From positions 310,310,001-310,374,000 of the forward strand of contig OZ024741.1 of the NCBI GenBank assembly GCA_964016885.1: a stretch of 64,000 bases of DNA. The letters run 5' to 3'. Both the position numbers and the translations under genes were made by a program. The notes beneath the pieces are model-generated. The model saw nothing but the letters and a program-made list of their open reading frames with translations. It did not search any database and had not been told where the DNA came from. Of this stretch, positions 53,126 to 64,000 are shown piece after piece. Position 1 is the first letter of the stretch. Each line of letters starts with the position of its first letter. The stretch comes from Eledone cirrhosa. Lineage: Eukaryota.

Positions 53126-56100
53126 GTCATTGTTATTCCTTGAATCTCAGTCATTGATGTTGGTTAACTGGAAAGTCCGTTGGATTGAATATCAAGCCAC
53201 TACCTGCAGCCTCAGATATTCAGGACGTATCGGAGGGTTCTTGCCGTTCCAAGCAAGCATGCCTTTTGAAGCGTTCCAAAAAGCGTGAAGGGGCCGATTT
53301 TCTTTAACCATCCCTGGAAACCTTTGGAGATAGTCCCCAGTGCGCCTATGACAATCGGGATCACTTTGACTTCATGGCAGTTCCAAATCCTTTTCACCTC
53401 CCACTTTAGGTCCTGGTATCGGTTAATTTTCTCCCTCTCCTTCTCTTGCACTCTCGTGTCGAACGGGCAGGCCACATCCACAATCAGGCACGATCTTTTT
53501 TCTTTGTCCACAACCACCAGGTCAGGTCTATTGTGTTCCAGTTTTTTGTCCGTCTGTATCCTAAAATCCCACAGCACCTTCACCTGACTGTTCTCCATCA
53601 CCGCCTCTGGCCTATGCTCATACCATTTCTCAGAATGTGGTAGATTGTTTACTTTGCACAGGTGCCAGTGGATCACCCTGCCCATCACATCGTGTCTCCA
53701 GCCCTTATAGTGGGTCTGGGTTAGGTGTTTACACTCGGACACAATGTGAGCCACAGTCTCCTCTCTCTCTCCACAGATCCTGCACAGCGGGCTAGCCTCC
53801 TCCTTGTAGATATGGTGCTTCAACCACTTCGTTTTGAGGGCCTGCTCCTGCGCAGCCATTAGCATTCCTTCTGTAGCCTTTTTGAGGTCTCCTCTTCTCA
53901 ACCAGTTCCATGTCTGTGGATCTCTAAATTCAGTTTTCTCAAAGAAGGTACTATGAAGGGATTTTCCCTTAAGGCTGCTCTTCCTCCTTGATGTTATTTC
54001 CTCCTTGGGTATCCCCTGGCCTACTGTCCCCTCCTTCAGTACAGCTCTGAGCATTGGCTCCTTACTATAGGTCACGTATTTGTATAGGTTGTTTTTCTCC
54101 ATCTGAACACAGTCCTCTATGCTGATAAGACCTCTTCCACCCTCAGATCTCCTTAGGTAGAGTCTATCGACATCACTCCTCTTGTGGAACATGTTGTAGA
54201 TAGTCAATAGCTTCCTAGTCTTCCTATCCATTTCTTTTTGTTCAGCAACATTCCATCTCAGAATTCCCGCACTGTACCTAATAATAGACACAGCTCGGGA
54301 ATTTACTACGCTTATGGCATTTCTGTTGTTCAGATGTGACTTCAATACGCTCCTTACTCTCCGAATGTATTCAGTTCTTAACAATTCCTTCATTTTTTTG
54401 TTCTTTATGCCATCAGCCTCCAGAACGCCCAAATACTTGTATCCTTCCTCAGAGTCAATTTCCTTTATCATCTCACCTGTTGGTATCTGGATCCCGTTAC
54501 TTCTGCTCAACCTACCCCTCCTCATCACAATGACTCCACATTTACCAATACCAAACTGCATACATATATCACTGCTGAAAATACGGACAGTGTCAACAAG
54601 CACATCCAACTCCTTCTCACTTTTCCCGAAGAGCTTAAGATCGTCCATGAAGAGGAGGTGATTGATGGTAAGCTCTCCCCTTCCCAACTTGTATCCTGCT
54701 CTCACTTTTCGCAGCATAATGGTCAAGGGCATCAGGGCAAGGACAAACAACAGAGGGGACAGGCTATCTCCCTGGAAGATACCTCTCTTGATCTTCACGC
54801 TTCCCAAGGATACTCCAGTTGATGTCAACTCTGTCTCCCAGGACCCCATACTCCTGCCCAGCAACTGTCTGATGTTATCTGCCACCCTGAAGATCTCCAG
54901 GCTTTTGGTGATCCAGGAATGAGGCACCATGTCAAATGCCTTTCTGTAGTCTATCCATCCCATGGCAAGATCAGTGTGTCTCCTCCTGCAATTCCCCATT
55001 ACCATCTTATCAATAAGCAACTGGTCCTTTGTACCACGTGACTTCTTTCGGCATCCTTTCTGTTCGTCCGGCAACAAGTTGTTTGTGTGGAGGTGATGGT
55101 AGATTTCCTCAGACACAATGCTCGTCAACAGTTTCCACATTACGGGCAGACATGTGATAGGTCTATAGTTGGTAACATCATTACCCTTGATTCGGTCTTT
55201 CATTATCAGAACTGTGGTACCTTTTGTCAACCACTCTGGCACCTCACCCGACACCAAGCAGTCATTGAACATGGCCGTCAGCTTCGGGTGGAGGGATGTT
55301 AAATGTTTAATCCAATACCCCTGCACACCATCTGGGCCTGGTGATTTCCAGTTGGTTAGTTTTTTGGCTTGCCCCTTAAGAGTTTCAACTGTGATACTCA
55401 AATCAGTCTGTTGCTGTGCCTGCTCACCGATCTCCCTCTGTACTGTCTCAATCCACCCTGCCTGGGCATTGTGTCTAACATCCTGCTCCCATATTCCTCT
55501 CCAGAATGTTTTAGCTTGTTCCGCCCCAGGGATCAAGTCGTTGCCTCTTTCTTTCCCCTCAAGCTGTCCAAACAGCATCTTCTGGTTGTTGTCGAACATG
55601 CGGTTCTGTTTATACTGACTGACTCTGTTCTCGTATCGCCTGATTTTGGCACTCTTTGCTACAATGCGTTGCTTCAATTCCTCTATGATAATATTTAGCT
55701 TTTTACTCCTAGTTTTGTATTTTATTTCCATTCTATTTTTAGTGCCTATGTTTTTTAGTGTCCCATTCAGTAGTGACTCAAGCTTTCCTATGTCATTTCT
55801 CATTTCCCCGATTTGCCCACTCAGTCGCTTCTTCCACCACGGCTCTGCTCTTTCTTGTCTGTTGTTTCCTCTCGCTTTTATACCAAGTAGTTTCCTCACC
55901 GTATTTGCTGTTGCTTTGAGGATATTGTTGCACTGGTGAAGACTCCTCGCCTCAAGGTATGGGATGACTTTGTTTACCTTAGCTGTTGTTTCTTTTAACT
56001 TTTTCCTGTCTACAAATCTTAGGTTCATAGGTCTCCCACTATCATTGTTCAACTCATCTACCACTAAATTTAGGATGTCAACCGAATCTTGTCCTAGCCC

Positions 56101-56740
56101 GTCAGCATTCATCTCCTCAGTGGCCGTATCTCTGTTCCAGGTATTATTTATCTCAGTATTCAGATCATTGTCTGCTTCGGGTGGTTCCTCCGTTCTCAGG
56201 ACCTCCTCACCTTCATTTCCCGCCGGCTCGCTTGTCTGGCATACTACACCCGCCATCTCCAAGCCATTCTCTCTGCTCAGTTCCTCCAGTTCCAGCTCGC
56301 TTATCCACCCATTAGTTCTTATTACCCGAGCCTGCCCGGCCAATTTTTGTTCATCTAATTTAAATAAACCAATCTCGTTCCAGATGTTATGCATCCGTCT
56401 CCTGTAGCCCCTCTCCTTGGGGTTACTTTTCAGGTAGCATTGCATAACAGTTCTATTCAATTCTTTCGTCCAGTTGGTTCTGGCCCCTTTCCTTCTTCTT
56501 CTTCCTCCAACATCAGCAGTATTTGGTTGACAGTCAGGTTCCTGCTGCTGAGCCAGGGGGCACCTGTTGGGTGAGAGTCTGTCACATGACGTTCTAGTCT
56601 CCATTTCACCGTTATTCGAACTATTTATGTTCGATATTTAAACACTCTTATCGAGGATTGGCGAATGTATGTTTACATAGCCATCTGTGGATCCGCCATC
56701 CCACTTGGCCCTTGTGTGGCATTATCACCACGCTGTATAC
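53126..56740 (-). mobile_element. R4/Dong-clade LINE, full length, with (TAA)n tail
   Basis: Single intact ORF; short 3' UTR ending in aataataat; 5' boundary approximate. Confidence 0.93.
53212..56604 (-). CDS. R4/Dong ORF: RT, CCHC knuckle and restriction-like endonuclease (intact, 1130 aa)
   Basis: WT.ELN..VM.CY..S....GYRRRM..IW (R4-type N-terminus), NWKSPGPDG, YRPITCL, WIDYRKAFD, GIFQGDSLSPL, FMDD, CRICG...ETVAHIVSEC, RHD, RPD, DVACP, EK..RY. Confidence 0.96.
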   Translation of the reverse strand: METRTSCDRLSPNRCPLAQQQEPDCQPNTADVGGRRRRKGARTNWTKELNRTVMQCYLKSNPKERGYRRRMHNIWNEIGLFKLDEQKLAGQARVIRTNGWISELELEELSRENGLEMAGVVCQTSEPAGNEGEEVLRTEEPPEADNDLNTEINNTWNRDTATEEMNADGLGQDSVDILNLVVDELNNDSGRPMNLRFVDRKKLKETTAKVNKVIPYLEARSLHQCNNILKATANTVRKLLGIKARGNNRQERAEPWWKKRLSGQIGEMRNDIGKLESLLNGTLKNIGTKNRMEIKYKTRSKKLNIIIEELKQRIVAKSAKIRRYENRVSQYKQNRMFDNNQKMLFGQLEGKERGNDLIPGAEQAKTFWRGIWEQDVRHNAQAGWIETVQREIGEQAQQQTDLSITVETLKGQAKKLTNWKSPGPDGVQGYWIKHLTSLHPKLTAMFNDCLVSGEVPEWLTKGTTVLIMKDRIKGNDVTNYRPITCLPVMWKLLTSIVSEEIYHHLHTNNLLPDEQKGCRKKSRGTKDQLLIDKMVMGNCRRRHTDLAMGWIDYRKAFDMVPHSWITKSLEIFRVADNIRQLLGRSMGSWETELTSTGVSLGSVKIKRGIFQGDSLSPLLFVLALMPLTIMLRKVRAGYKLGRGELTINHLLFMDDLKLFGKSEKELDVLVDTVRIFSSDICMQFGIGKCGVIVMRRGRLSRSNGIQIPTGEMIKEIDSEEGYKYLGVLEADGIKNKKMKELLRTEYIRRVRSVLKSHLNNRNAISVVNSRAVSIIRYSAGILRWNVAEQKEMDRKTRKLLTIYNMFHKRSDVDRLYLRRSEGGRGLISIEDCVQMEKNNLYKYVTYSKEPMLRAVLKEGTVGQGIPKEEITSRRKSSLKGKSLHSTFFEKTEFRDPQTWNWLRRGDLKKATEGMLMAAQEQALKTKWLKHHIYKEEASPLCRICGEREETVAHIVSECKHLTQTHYKGWRHDVMGRVIHWHLCKVNNLPHSEKWYEHRPEAVMENSQVKVLWDFRIQTDKKLEHNRPDLVVVDKEKRSCLIVDVACPFDTRVQEKEREKINRYQDLKWEVKRIWNCHEVKVIPIVIGALGTISKGFQGWLKKIGPFTLFGTLQKACLLGTARTLRYVLNI

Positions 56741-57173
56741 GGACACACATAAACAAACAAACACACGGGCAGAAAGGGCCCCAAAAATGAATAAGCATAA
56801 GTTTCATTGTAATGTAGTATTCGAATGTCTGACTTAGTTTTTGTTTTTTAAGTTTTACTTTTTCCCCCCTCTTCTCTGTCCGTCCGCCTGCTTCTCTCTT
56901 CATTCTTATTTTCTTTACGTTTTTGGGGTTTCTTTTTTTGTTTTTGTTTTTCTCTGTTTTTCTCGTTTTTTACTGTTGTTGCTGTGCTGCTTTTGTTGTT
57001 TGTTTTTTCTTTTTTCTTTTGAGTCTATCTATATATTTTGATGCCTTCCTCTTTGTTAGTAGTAGGAATTCTATAATGTGGAAGTGGTAGCCAGCAGAGA
57101 CTGGCGGCGTTGGCGATACTGAGACAGTGGTGGTGGTGATGTCGATACAGAGGCAGTGGTGGCGGTGATGCGA

Positions 57174-57760
57174 CCGTATTACTGTAGTGATGGTGCTGTA
57201 GCGGTGGCAGCAGCAGTGAAGGAGTCAGGGGGTGGTGGCGGCGGTGATGGGATAGTGGTGGTAATGATGGCCGTAGTGAGCGGTGGCGGTGAAGGTGAAA
57301 ATGCTGTTGTGTTTAGTGTACACAGATGATGGGGTGGGTGGTGTATCTAGTTTCTGGTGTTGGTGAGTTTCGCTGTCCTATATAGTGTAGCCAGAGGAGA
57401 GGAGGGGGGGGGGGGGGTTCTTCTTCTTCCATTTATAGCCATTTTATTTTTATTTGGATATACAGTGTACAATACAAAGTTGAATATTTGAATATTTGAG
57501 CCGTATTACTGTAGTGATGGTGCTGTAGCGGTGGCAGCAGCAGTGAAGGAGTCAAGGGGTGGTGGCGGCGGTGATGGGATAGTGGTGGTAATGATGGCCG
57601 TATCGAGCGGTGGCGGTGAAGGTGAAAATGCTGTTGTGTTTAGTGTACACAGATGATGGGGTGGGTGGTGTATCTAGTTTCTGGTGTTGGTGAGTTTAGC
57701 TGTCCTATATAGTGTAGCCAGAGGAGAGGAGGGGGGGTTCTTCTTCTTCCATTTATAGCC

Positions 57761-57765
<5 letters not shown>
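57174..57765. repeat. ~270 bp near-identical direct duplication (57174-57445, 57501-57765)
   Basis: ccgtattactgtagtgatgg...ccatttatagccattt occurs twice with a ~55 bp spacer. Confidence 0.92.

Positions 57766-57818
<53 letters not shown>
57764..57818. repeat. (TTA)n microsatellite
   Basis: Direct observation. Confidence 0.97.
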
Positions 57819-58102
57819 TGCATTTATCTTGCTTTATGTTCATACGAGTTATCACCAAGTCACAACCAGTGACCTCAAGAGACAACAAGGTCCCCCATGT
57901 TCAAGAAAGAACATACATATTCACACATGCATCCTTAGTGTTTAGACTTGTGATGTACTTATATTGACAGGATCTTCCTTAGTATATGGGCAGTTCCCAT
58001 TAGTACTATCTTTTGTATTTCTCCTATACGCGGGTTTCCTGGGATTTGCGATAAGTAGTCGTTAGACCCCTTAGGTATCATTCCCAGAGCAACTACAACC
58101 AC
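57819..58102 (-). mobile_element. R4/Dong 3' fragment of a second family, flanked by (TAA)n on both sides
   Basis: VVVALGMIPKG...IQKIVLMGTAHILRKILSI* followed by a 3' UTR. Confidence 0.82.
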
Positions 58103-58122
58103 TATTATTATTATTATTATTT

Positions 58123-60882
58123 GTGATCCGTAAGACAGATTCATAGAGAAGGACCTGGTTACTGGAAGCTGAACGCGTCTTTCCCGGCGCGCAAAGCCTA
58201 CAGAGACGAGATTAACGTATTAGTTAAGCGGGCGTTGACGGGAGCGGTCGTCAACAACAGGTAATGGTTTGCCCTGAAAAGGGCAATTAAAGTAGAATCG
58301 ATTAGGTTTAGCAGATGTGTGAGACTTTTCAGAAGCACTTTGCTGAAGTGTTCGGGATCAGCGGCGGGCCAGATCGGGGATTGGACTTCAGTGCCTGGAA
58401 GTACCTCGACGGACTGCCTCGGCTCTCGACGACGGCAGCACCGTGTTTCGAAAAACCATCAACAGCCGGTGAAATACGGGAAGCGATGGCTAACTGCACG
58501 AAGGGTAAATCCCCAGGTTTGGATGGCCAGCCCTACGAACTTTATGCCTTTATGCCAGACTTGTTCGGTGACCTCTTGGCAGACGTCTACTGCAACTGAA
58601 TGGGAGCATTCCCAGTTTTGTGAGCCGGAGAGCGATGCCGCTGCTGAGAAAAGACCCGAACAACGGGTATATTATCGATAACTTCAGGCCCATAACTCTG
58701 CTAAACGCAGAGTTCAAGATTTTGGACAAGGTGTTAGCAACGGGGTTGGCACTTGTCGTCGAGGGTCTGGTGGTAGAGGCGCAGATATGCACCATTCCGG
58801 ACAGATCCATACATGACAACCTCCACCTCATGCGATGCATCATAAAGAGGTTGGTTAAGGAACCTGGCACGGGTGGGGCCCTGATCAACTTGGATCAATC
58901 CAAAGCATTCGATAGGGTGGACCATCGGTACATGGCGGCGGACTTCAAGGCAGCCGGTTTCGAGCCCGTTATCAGGGGTTGGATAGCGGCGATGTATAGC
59001 GACATATGCTCAGTTGTGAGTGTGAACGGTCACCTGTCGCAGCCTTTCAGCATCATGCGCTCGGTCTACCAGGGTTGTCCCTTCTGGTCCCTCTTGTACC
59101 TATTGGCTCTCGAGCCGTTACTGCACAAACTGAGGGTCATGAGGGGCGTCCCACGCGAACTAGGATTCGGGAAATCCGAGTCGGCTTACACCGACGACAT
59201 CACCGTGTTGGTGTTGTGCAACAGACACGTCCAGTTGCTCGGCACCGCTCTCAAGGAATACGAAGCGGTGACAGGAGCAAATATAAATCAGGAAAAGTCG
59301 GCATCCGGAGAGGCAAGTCCATGCCATCCGACAGCGTCGTGGGGGCGTTGAACGGACGGACGGAACGGTTAAATTGGTCGGGGTCTGGTTCGGACCGGAC
59401 CTCCAGATGGAGAAAAACTGAGCGAGGTGACGAGCAGGGTGGCCTCCCTCACCCAGAAATGGGCTGAGAGGAAGCTGTCCCTGAAAGGCGGGGCGGAGGT
59501 GGCGAATGCGTACATCGCGGTGCGCATTCGGCGGTGAGGCGGTAACAGATAACGGATATGTGCATCACATCCGTTATCTGTTACCGCCCCACCGTCGTCC
59601 CTTGCCCCGCCCCACTCTCACCAAAATGGAGCGCCTCCTCTTCCGCTTTTTTTGGAAGGGACGCGCTACCATGGTGAGACGATCCATCTGCTGTCAACAC
59701 CCGTTGCATGGAGGATGGGGCATGCCATGGCTGATGATGCGCAAACATGCGCTGAGACTGTGGCATCTCTGGTACTTCCTTGACGGTGAACAGGTGTGGT
59801 CGCCGTTCGACAGGTACGTTTTCCCACAGCTCGTCTCATTGACGGAACTGCAGTCCTGGGTCAGAAAAAGACCGAAGGATAGCGCTTGGAAACTGGAATG
59901 TCTCCAGGCGCTCACTGCCCTCTGCCAGCTGGGCACCAGTATCGGTGGAACATCCACCTCGGCGTTCTATAGAGGACTAGTGGAGGGGAAGAGCGACGAC
60001 GTTCTCGGAGAGATCCTGGGTGTCGAAGAAAATCAGCTGTCTGCTCTCTTCCTGAGAACTTTCAGGCCAGGGCCTATGGATAACTTCCAGAAATTCCTGC
60101 CTGGCAGTGCTACCGGGGAGCTTTGCCGGTTCGAGATAAGCTCTACAGGCACGGAAGTGCCGTCAGCCGGGCCTGTCCGAGGTGCGCGCAGAGCGACGAA
60201 ACCGTCGTGCACGCACTCGTTCAGTGCCCGAGCATTGATGATTTGTGGAGCTATGTCGAACAGTTGCTGTCGTGTGTAGGACTGATCCGGTTATCGACTG
60301 AGTCCATTGTGCAGATGGTTTCGCCGTCTTCCTTCGAGGAGGAAGGGCAGGCGGTTTTCATCTGCCTGGTGGCCATGGTGAAAGAGATTGTGTGGTGGAC
60401 AAGGTTGAAAGGGTTAAAGACAGACACTTTCCTCTTCGGCGAATCGCTGATTAACTTTTTCAAGTTTCACTTGAAGAAGAAAATCAGGGTGGAGAGGCAA
60501 GTGCTGTCTTCTAGCAAGTTTGTTGAAAGGTGGGTGAATGTAGCGAGAATGGTCCGAGTGAATATACGCTTGTAGTTTGAGGAATGGGAAAAAATTGAGA
60601 GAAGGCGCTTGCCCTGTTGGTCAGGGTGGCCGTGGTCTTTTGTGTGGTTTTCGCCACGAGTAACCCTCGGAGGTTTCCCCCCTATTGGGGAATTTTTCAT
60701 TGTTCGAATTTTCATTTTTATTGTTTATATATATAATGTTTCTGTCTTTTTTTCTTTTTCGTTTCTTATATAAATAATAAAATTATTTACACGCACAAAA
60801 CCCACATCGTACCGTCCTGTACCTTCCTGTGCCGCCTGTAATGTTTTTCTTGATGTCAGCCCTTGTGGCCAATAAAGAAATC
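58123..60882 (+). mobile_element. Tx1/L1-clade LINE copy 3, 5' truncated and decayed, with (ATT)n tail
   Basis: Starts just after (TTA)n, near GPGYWKLN; internal deletion near 58314; frameshifted RT; ends gcccttgtggccaataaagaaatcatc(att)n. Confidence 0.92.
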
Positions 60883-60904
60883 ATCATTATTATTATTTAT
60901 AGAT

Positions 60905-61102
60905 AAGGGCGGTGGATTGGCAGTTTCGGTAGAGGGTCGGACGCCATGTTTTGCAGCAAAGAGTTACGGCTCTTTATGGTCTGAGTTCAAATCCCGCCGA
61001 GGTTAACTTTGCCTTTAATCTTTAGGGGGTCGATAAAATAAAGTACCAGTAATACACTGGAATAATTGCTGGCGTTGTGCCAAAAGTAGAAACAATTATT
61101 AT
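60905..61102 (+). mobile_element. SINE family A, full length
   Basis: A-box-like tggcagtttcggt, B box gagttcaaatcc, conserved core and tail; the sequence attatttatagataa flanks both ends (possible target-site duplication). Confidence 0.85.
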
Positions 61103-62005
61103 TTATAGATAATTTCTTTCTCTGTGATATGTAAAGGTATTATTCTTTTAAAGTTACTTAGTTTTGCAATCGTTAGACCTGAAAACAACTTTCTTTAATT
61201 CGATTCCCATATAATATTAAATTTTTCTACTTTTACTTACTAAATATATAGTAACTTTCTAATATATAGAATGTCTTACATGAATTACCTCCCCTTTTTT
61301 ATTTTGTTTAACCCTTTTTTATTTTTTCAGGATTAATTTTTATAAATTCCATGCTAAGATGGATGATTTGTACTCTTGATGGTATATGACTTTGACTCCT
61401 CTATTCAACTATGTGGTGCTTTAGATGATATGTCTTGAGTGCCTAATTGATAATATCTCCATCTATATTGGAATGTTTACTTTGATGATTATATTTATTT
61501 ATTCAATATTATAATAGCTCCTTTGGACATTTTGAAAAATAATTATTATTACGACTGTATTATGTAGTCGAACTTATAGTCTTGCATCTGTCTGTAATCC
61601 CACGCCATGCTACGAGTACATGTAAACTTTTTAAAATGTATTTTGAAATATGTTTTTGAATACATTAAAAAAAAATGTTTTGAGGAGATGTATTTTTAGC
61701 TTTATATTTCAATTGCATGCCTTCTCTTATTAACTTTATTAACTTTCTTAACTACTCATGATTTATGTTTTTCACTGTACTTAAATCATCTGTAACATCA
61801 TGTTTTTTAATTTTTTTAAATGTTATTCCTTTATCTGGTCCTAATTTTTATTGCATTTATGTGCACCTATTCTCCATATGCTTTTCCCGCCTCTGTTACC
61901 TTATATAAATGTTTATACTTATGCATATCTAGCACCCCATATTATGCATTCTCGTACATTTCTCGTAACAAATTTTGATATTATATTTGTGTTTAGCTTT
62001 TGTTA

Positions 62006-62054
62006 TCAACTCCGATGGATCGGTCTTGTGCTAGGATGAAACGATCGTCAGTGA
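62006..62054 (+). ncRNA. Degenerate hammerhead-like motif
   Basis: act-CCGATGG-atc/gat-GAAA-cgatcg-TC-agt; palindromic stem III, two core mismatches. Confidence 0.4.
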
Positions 62055-62104
62055 TCAAATGTTTGAAAGTTTAAACACTCTTTGATTTCCACTTACATAG
62101 TATA

Positions 62105-62156
<52 letters not shown>

Positions 62157-62164
62157 ATTTTTAA

Positions 62165-62700
62165 TTGAAATACCATTAAAATGTCTTACTCTTCAACTCC
62201 TAAAATTCCACATAACATCACTGCTTCAAATTTAGCTAAATAACCTAGCCGTAGGAACACGTGCAACCCTGTAGCTAGTACTAACTGTAATTGTAGGAAT
62301 CGGGTTGACTGCCCCCTCTCCGGGAAATGCCTCTCGTGTAACATTGTCTACAACTGTAAGGTCGAGACCCACGCTCCGTAGGGCCTACATCGGATTAACA
62401 CCCAATTGATTCCAGCAGCGTCTTTACATGCACACCCATTCTTTTCTTAACCGTTTAAGAGGGAACATGACGTCACTTTTAGCTTATATCTGGAGTCTAA
62501 AAGCAACCACACAGAATATAGGTTACACTGGGAGATCGTAGCTGAGGCTAGATCGTATAACGGAAATAAAAGACCATGCGATCTTTGCGCCGCTGAAGCC
62601 TTGGAAATACTCTACGCCAATGACCACATCTTAAACAAAGAATATGAGGCAATTTCGGCTTGTAAACACAAATTGCATAAAACTTTCCTGTATTACAGCC
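62165..62700 (+). pseudogene. PLE GIY-YIG endonuclease 3' fragment
   Basis: KMSYSSTP, CNCRNRVDCPLSGKCLSCNIVY, YIGLT, TSLLAYIWSLK, WEIV, CDLCAAE..EI, ILNKEYEAISACKHK. Confidence 0.85.
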
Positions 62701-63699
62701 CCACATTATACCTTAACGGACAGTACGAACAATACGCGGATAATTTACGTCTTGATGTGGTAGCTAAGTATATTTTATGTTTATACCATTACTTATTTGT
62801 ATAGGTAAGTGTATATTACCTGTATGTTTTGCGAAGGTACGTATACTTACTCGTACGTATATTTGCTTGTATTTGGTATAGGTGCATATATTATATTATA
62901 TATACTGGTACATGTGTATATGGTTATGTGTATATGTGTATTTTGTGTTTGTGTGTGTATGCGGGTTTGCACATATGTAAGGTGTTTATGTGTACTTTGT
63001 GTTTTGGTTGACGTGCGTTTAGTGAACATATATGTATTTACCTGTAGGAATGTGTGTGCGTGCGTTATATACGTATTTATGTGTGTATATTTATATGTTT
63101 ATATAATTATATGAATACACGCACACATACACATATCTATTTTTTTATGTGTATTTGATGTATACGTTCGTATGTGTGCGGGTACAGGTGTCGCGTAGGT
63201 TTTTGCATGTGTGCGCGTGTTTATGTGTACGTGCTTGTATATGCATACCATGGCGGGTATTTTCGCGTATGCATGGGTATGTACGTATATGGATGCGTGT
63301 ATGTATATATTTAATTATTGTTGATTTCAATAACCTCTGTTATTTTCGTTCTACAAATTTATTTACATTATTCTTAACTCTGAAGCCGAGAATCATTCGG
63401 TTTCCTAAATAGAATATTAGACTACGACTTCATTTATACCATAAACGTGGTTTTGTCTATGCGTGTAATTGTTCTCTCGTTCCACATAATGTCGTATTAT
63501 CTTCGCTTTTTTCCGTTCATTGTCAGGGAATGTCTCCACGAACCAAAGTATCGTCTTCCTGTTTTCTTTCGGTTGCAACGTTTTTCGAAATATTTACTTC
63601 TGCGTCCACAGAATAATTTTTTTTTGTTTAAGAAAATCCCGTTAAGGGTGAAAGCAGCGATTCTTTGCTTAAACTTTAATCTGTTATTTTAATAAATAA

Positions 63700-63741
<42 letters not shown>

Positions 63742-64000
63742 TTATGTAATAAACAGCATAAGGCAATTATTTCATTTACCAGTGGTTTCTTGAAAGCAAA
63801 CAAATTTTGCTTTCAATCATCAGAATGAAAAAATCCTGGTGTATTTATTGACATTGGATTTTAAAAACAAAAATATAATCGATATGAAAGTGAGGCTGGA
63901 AAAGGAAGAAGGAAAGGAAAAATAAACACTCATGCACACACACACACACAATTACATACACATATATATATACATACATATACATATATATTTATACATA

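Noticed and set aside
54314-56574. Antisense ORFs over the LINE coding regions (also over 49421-52840 and the CRE copies)
   Set aside because: Shadow frames of the real RT ORFs with no recognisable motifs.
56675-56740. HDV-like ribozyme at the Dong 5' end
   Set aside because: Known for some R4-clade elements, but I could not fit the nested double pseudoknot by eye; needs a descriptor search.
61331-61381. 51 nt symmetric exon candidate (LIFINSMLRWMICTLD)
   Set aside because: Splice-like signals arise often by chance in T-rich DNA; no supporting homology.

Overview
Eukaryotic (animal) genomic DNA made almost entirely of transposable elements and microsatellites. No host gene can be supported. 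The tRNA-derived SINEs and repeat landscape resemble octopod cephalopods (inference, not proven). The first 15 kb hold SINEs, RTE-type LINE 3' fragments and a decayed hAT (Buster/Charlie-type) transposase, organised as a ~3 kb inverted duplication (2016-6368 versus 12297-15320). From 15 to 31 kb there are two nearly complete Penelope-like elements (PLEs; RT plus C-terminal GIY-YIG), a rearranged Helitron remnant and many PLE terminal-repeat fragments. These fragments carry hammerhead-ribozyme (HHR) motifs, several arranged as fold-back palindromes inside (TA)n tracts. A 200-N gap lies at 31692-31891, followed by three CRE-clade RLE retrotransposon copies (32-40 kb). From 40.7 to 60.9 kb, + strand Tx1/L1-clade LINEs alternate with - strand R4/Dong LINEs, joined at (ATT)n/(TAA)n tracts. 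This array includes one intact Tx1 ORF2 (1139 aa) and one intact Dong ORF (1130 aa) meeting tail-to-tail. The most notable observations are an HHR family with an extended, covarying stem II and palindromic stem III, the ATT-linked Tx1/Dong array, HHR-bearing fold-back elements, the large inverted duplication, and two tracts with strand-biased dinucleotide or cytosine loss. All structure calls were made by eye; element boundaries are approximate.
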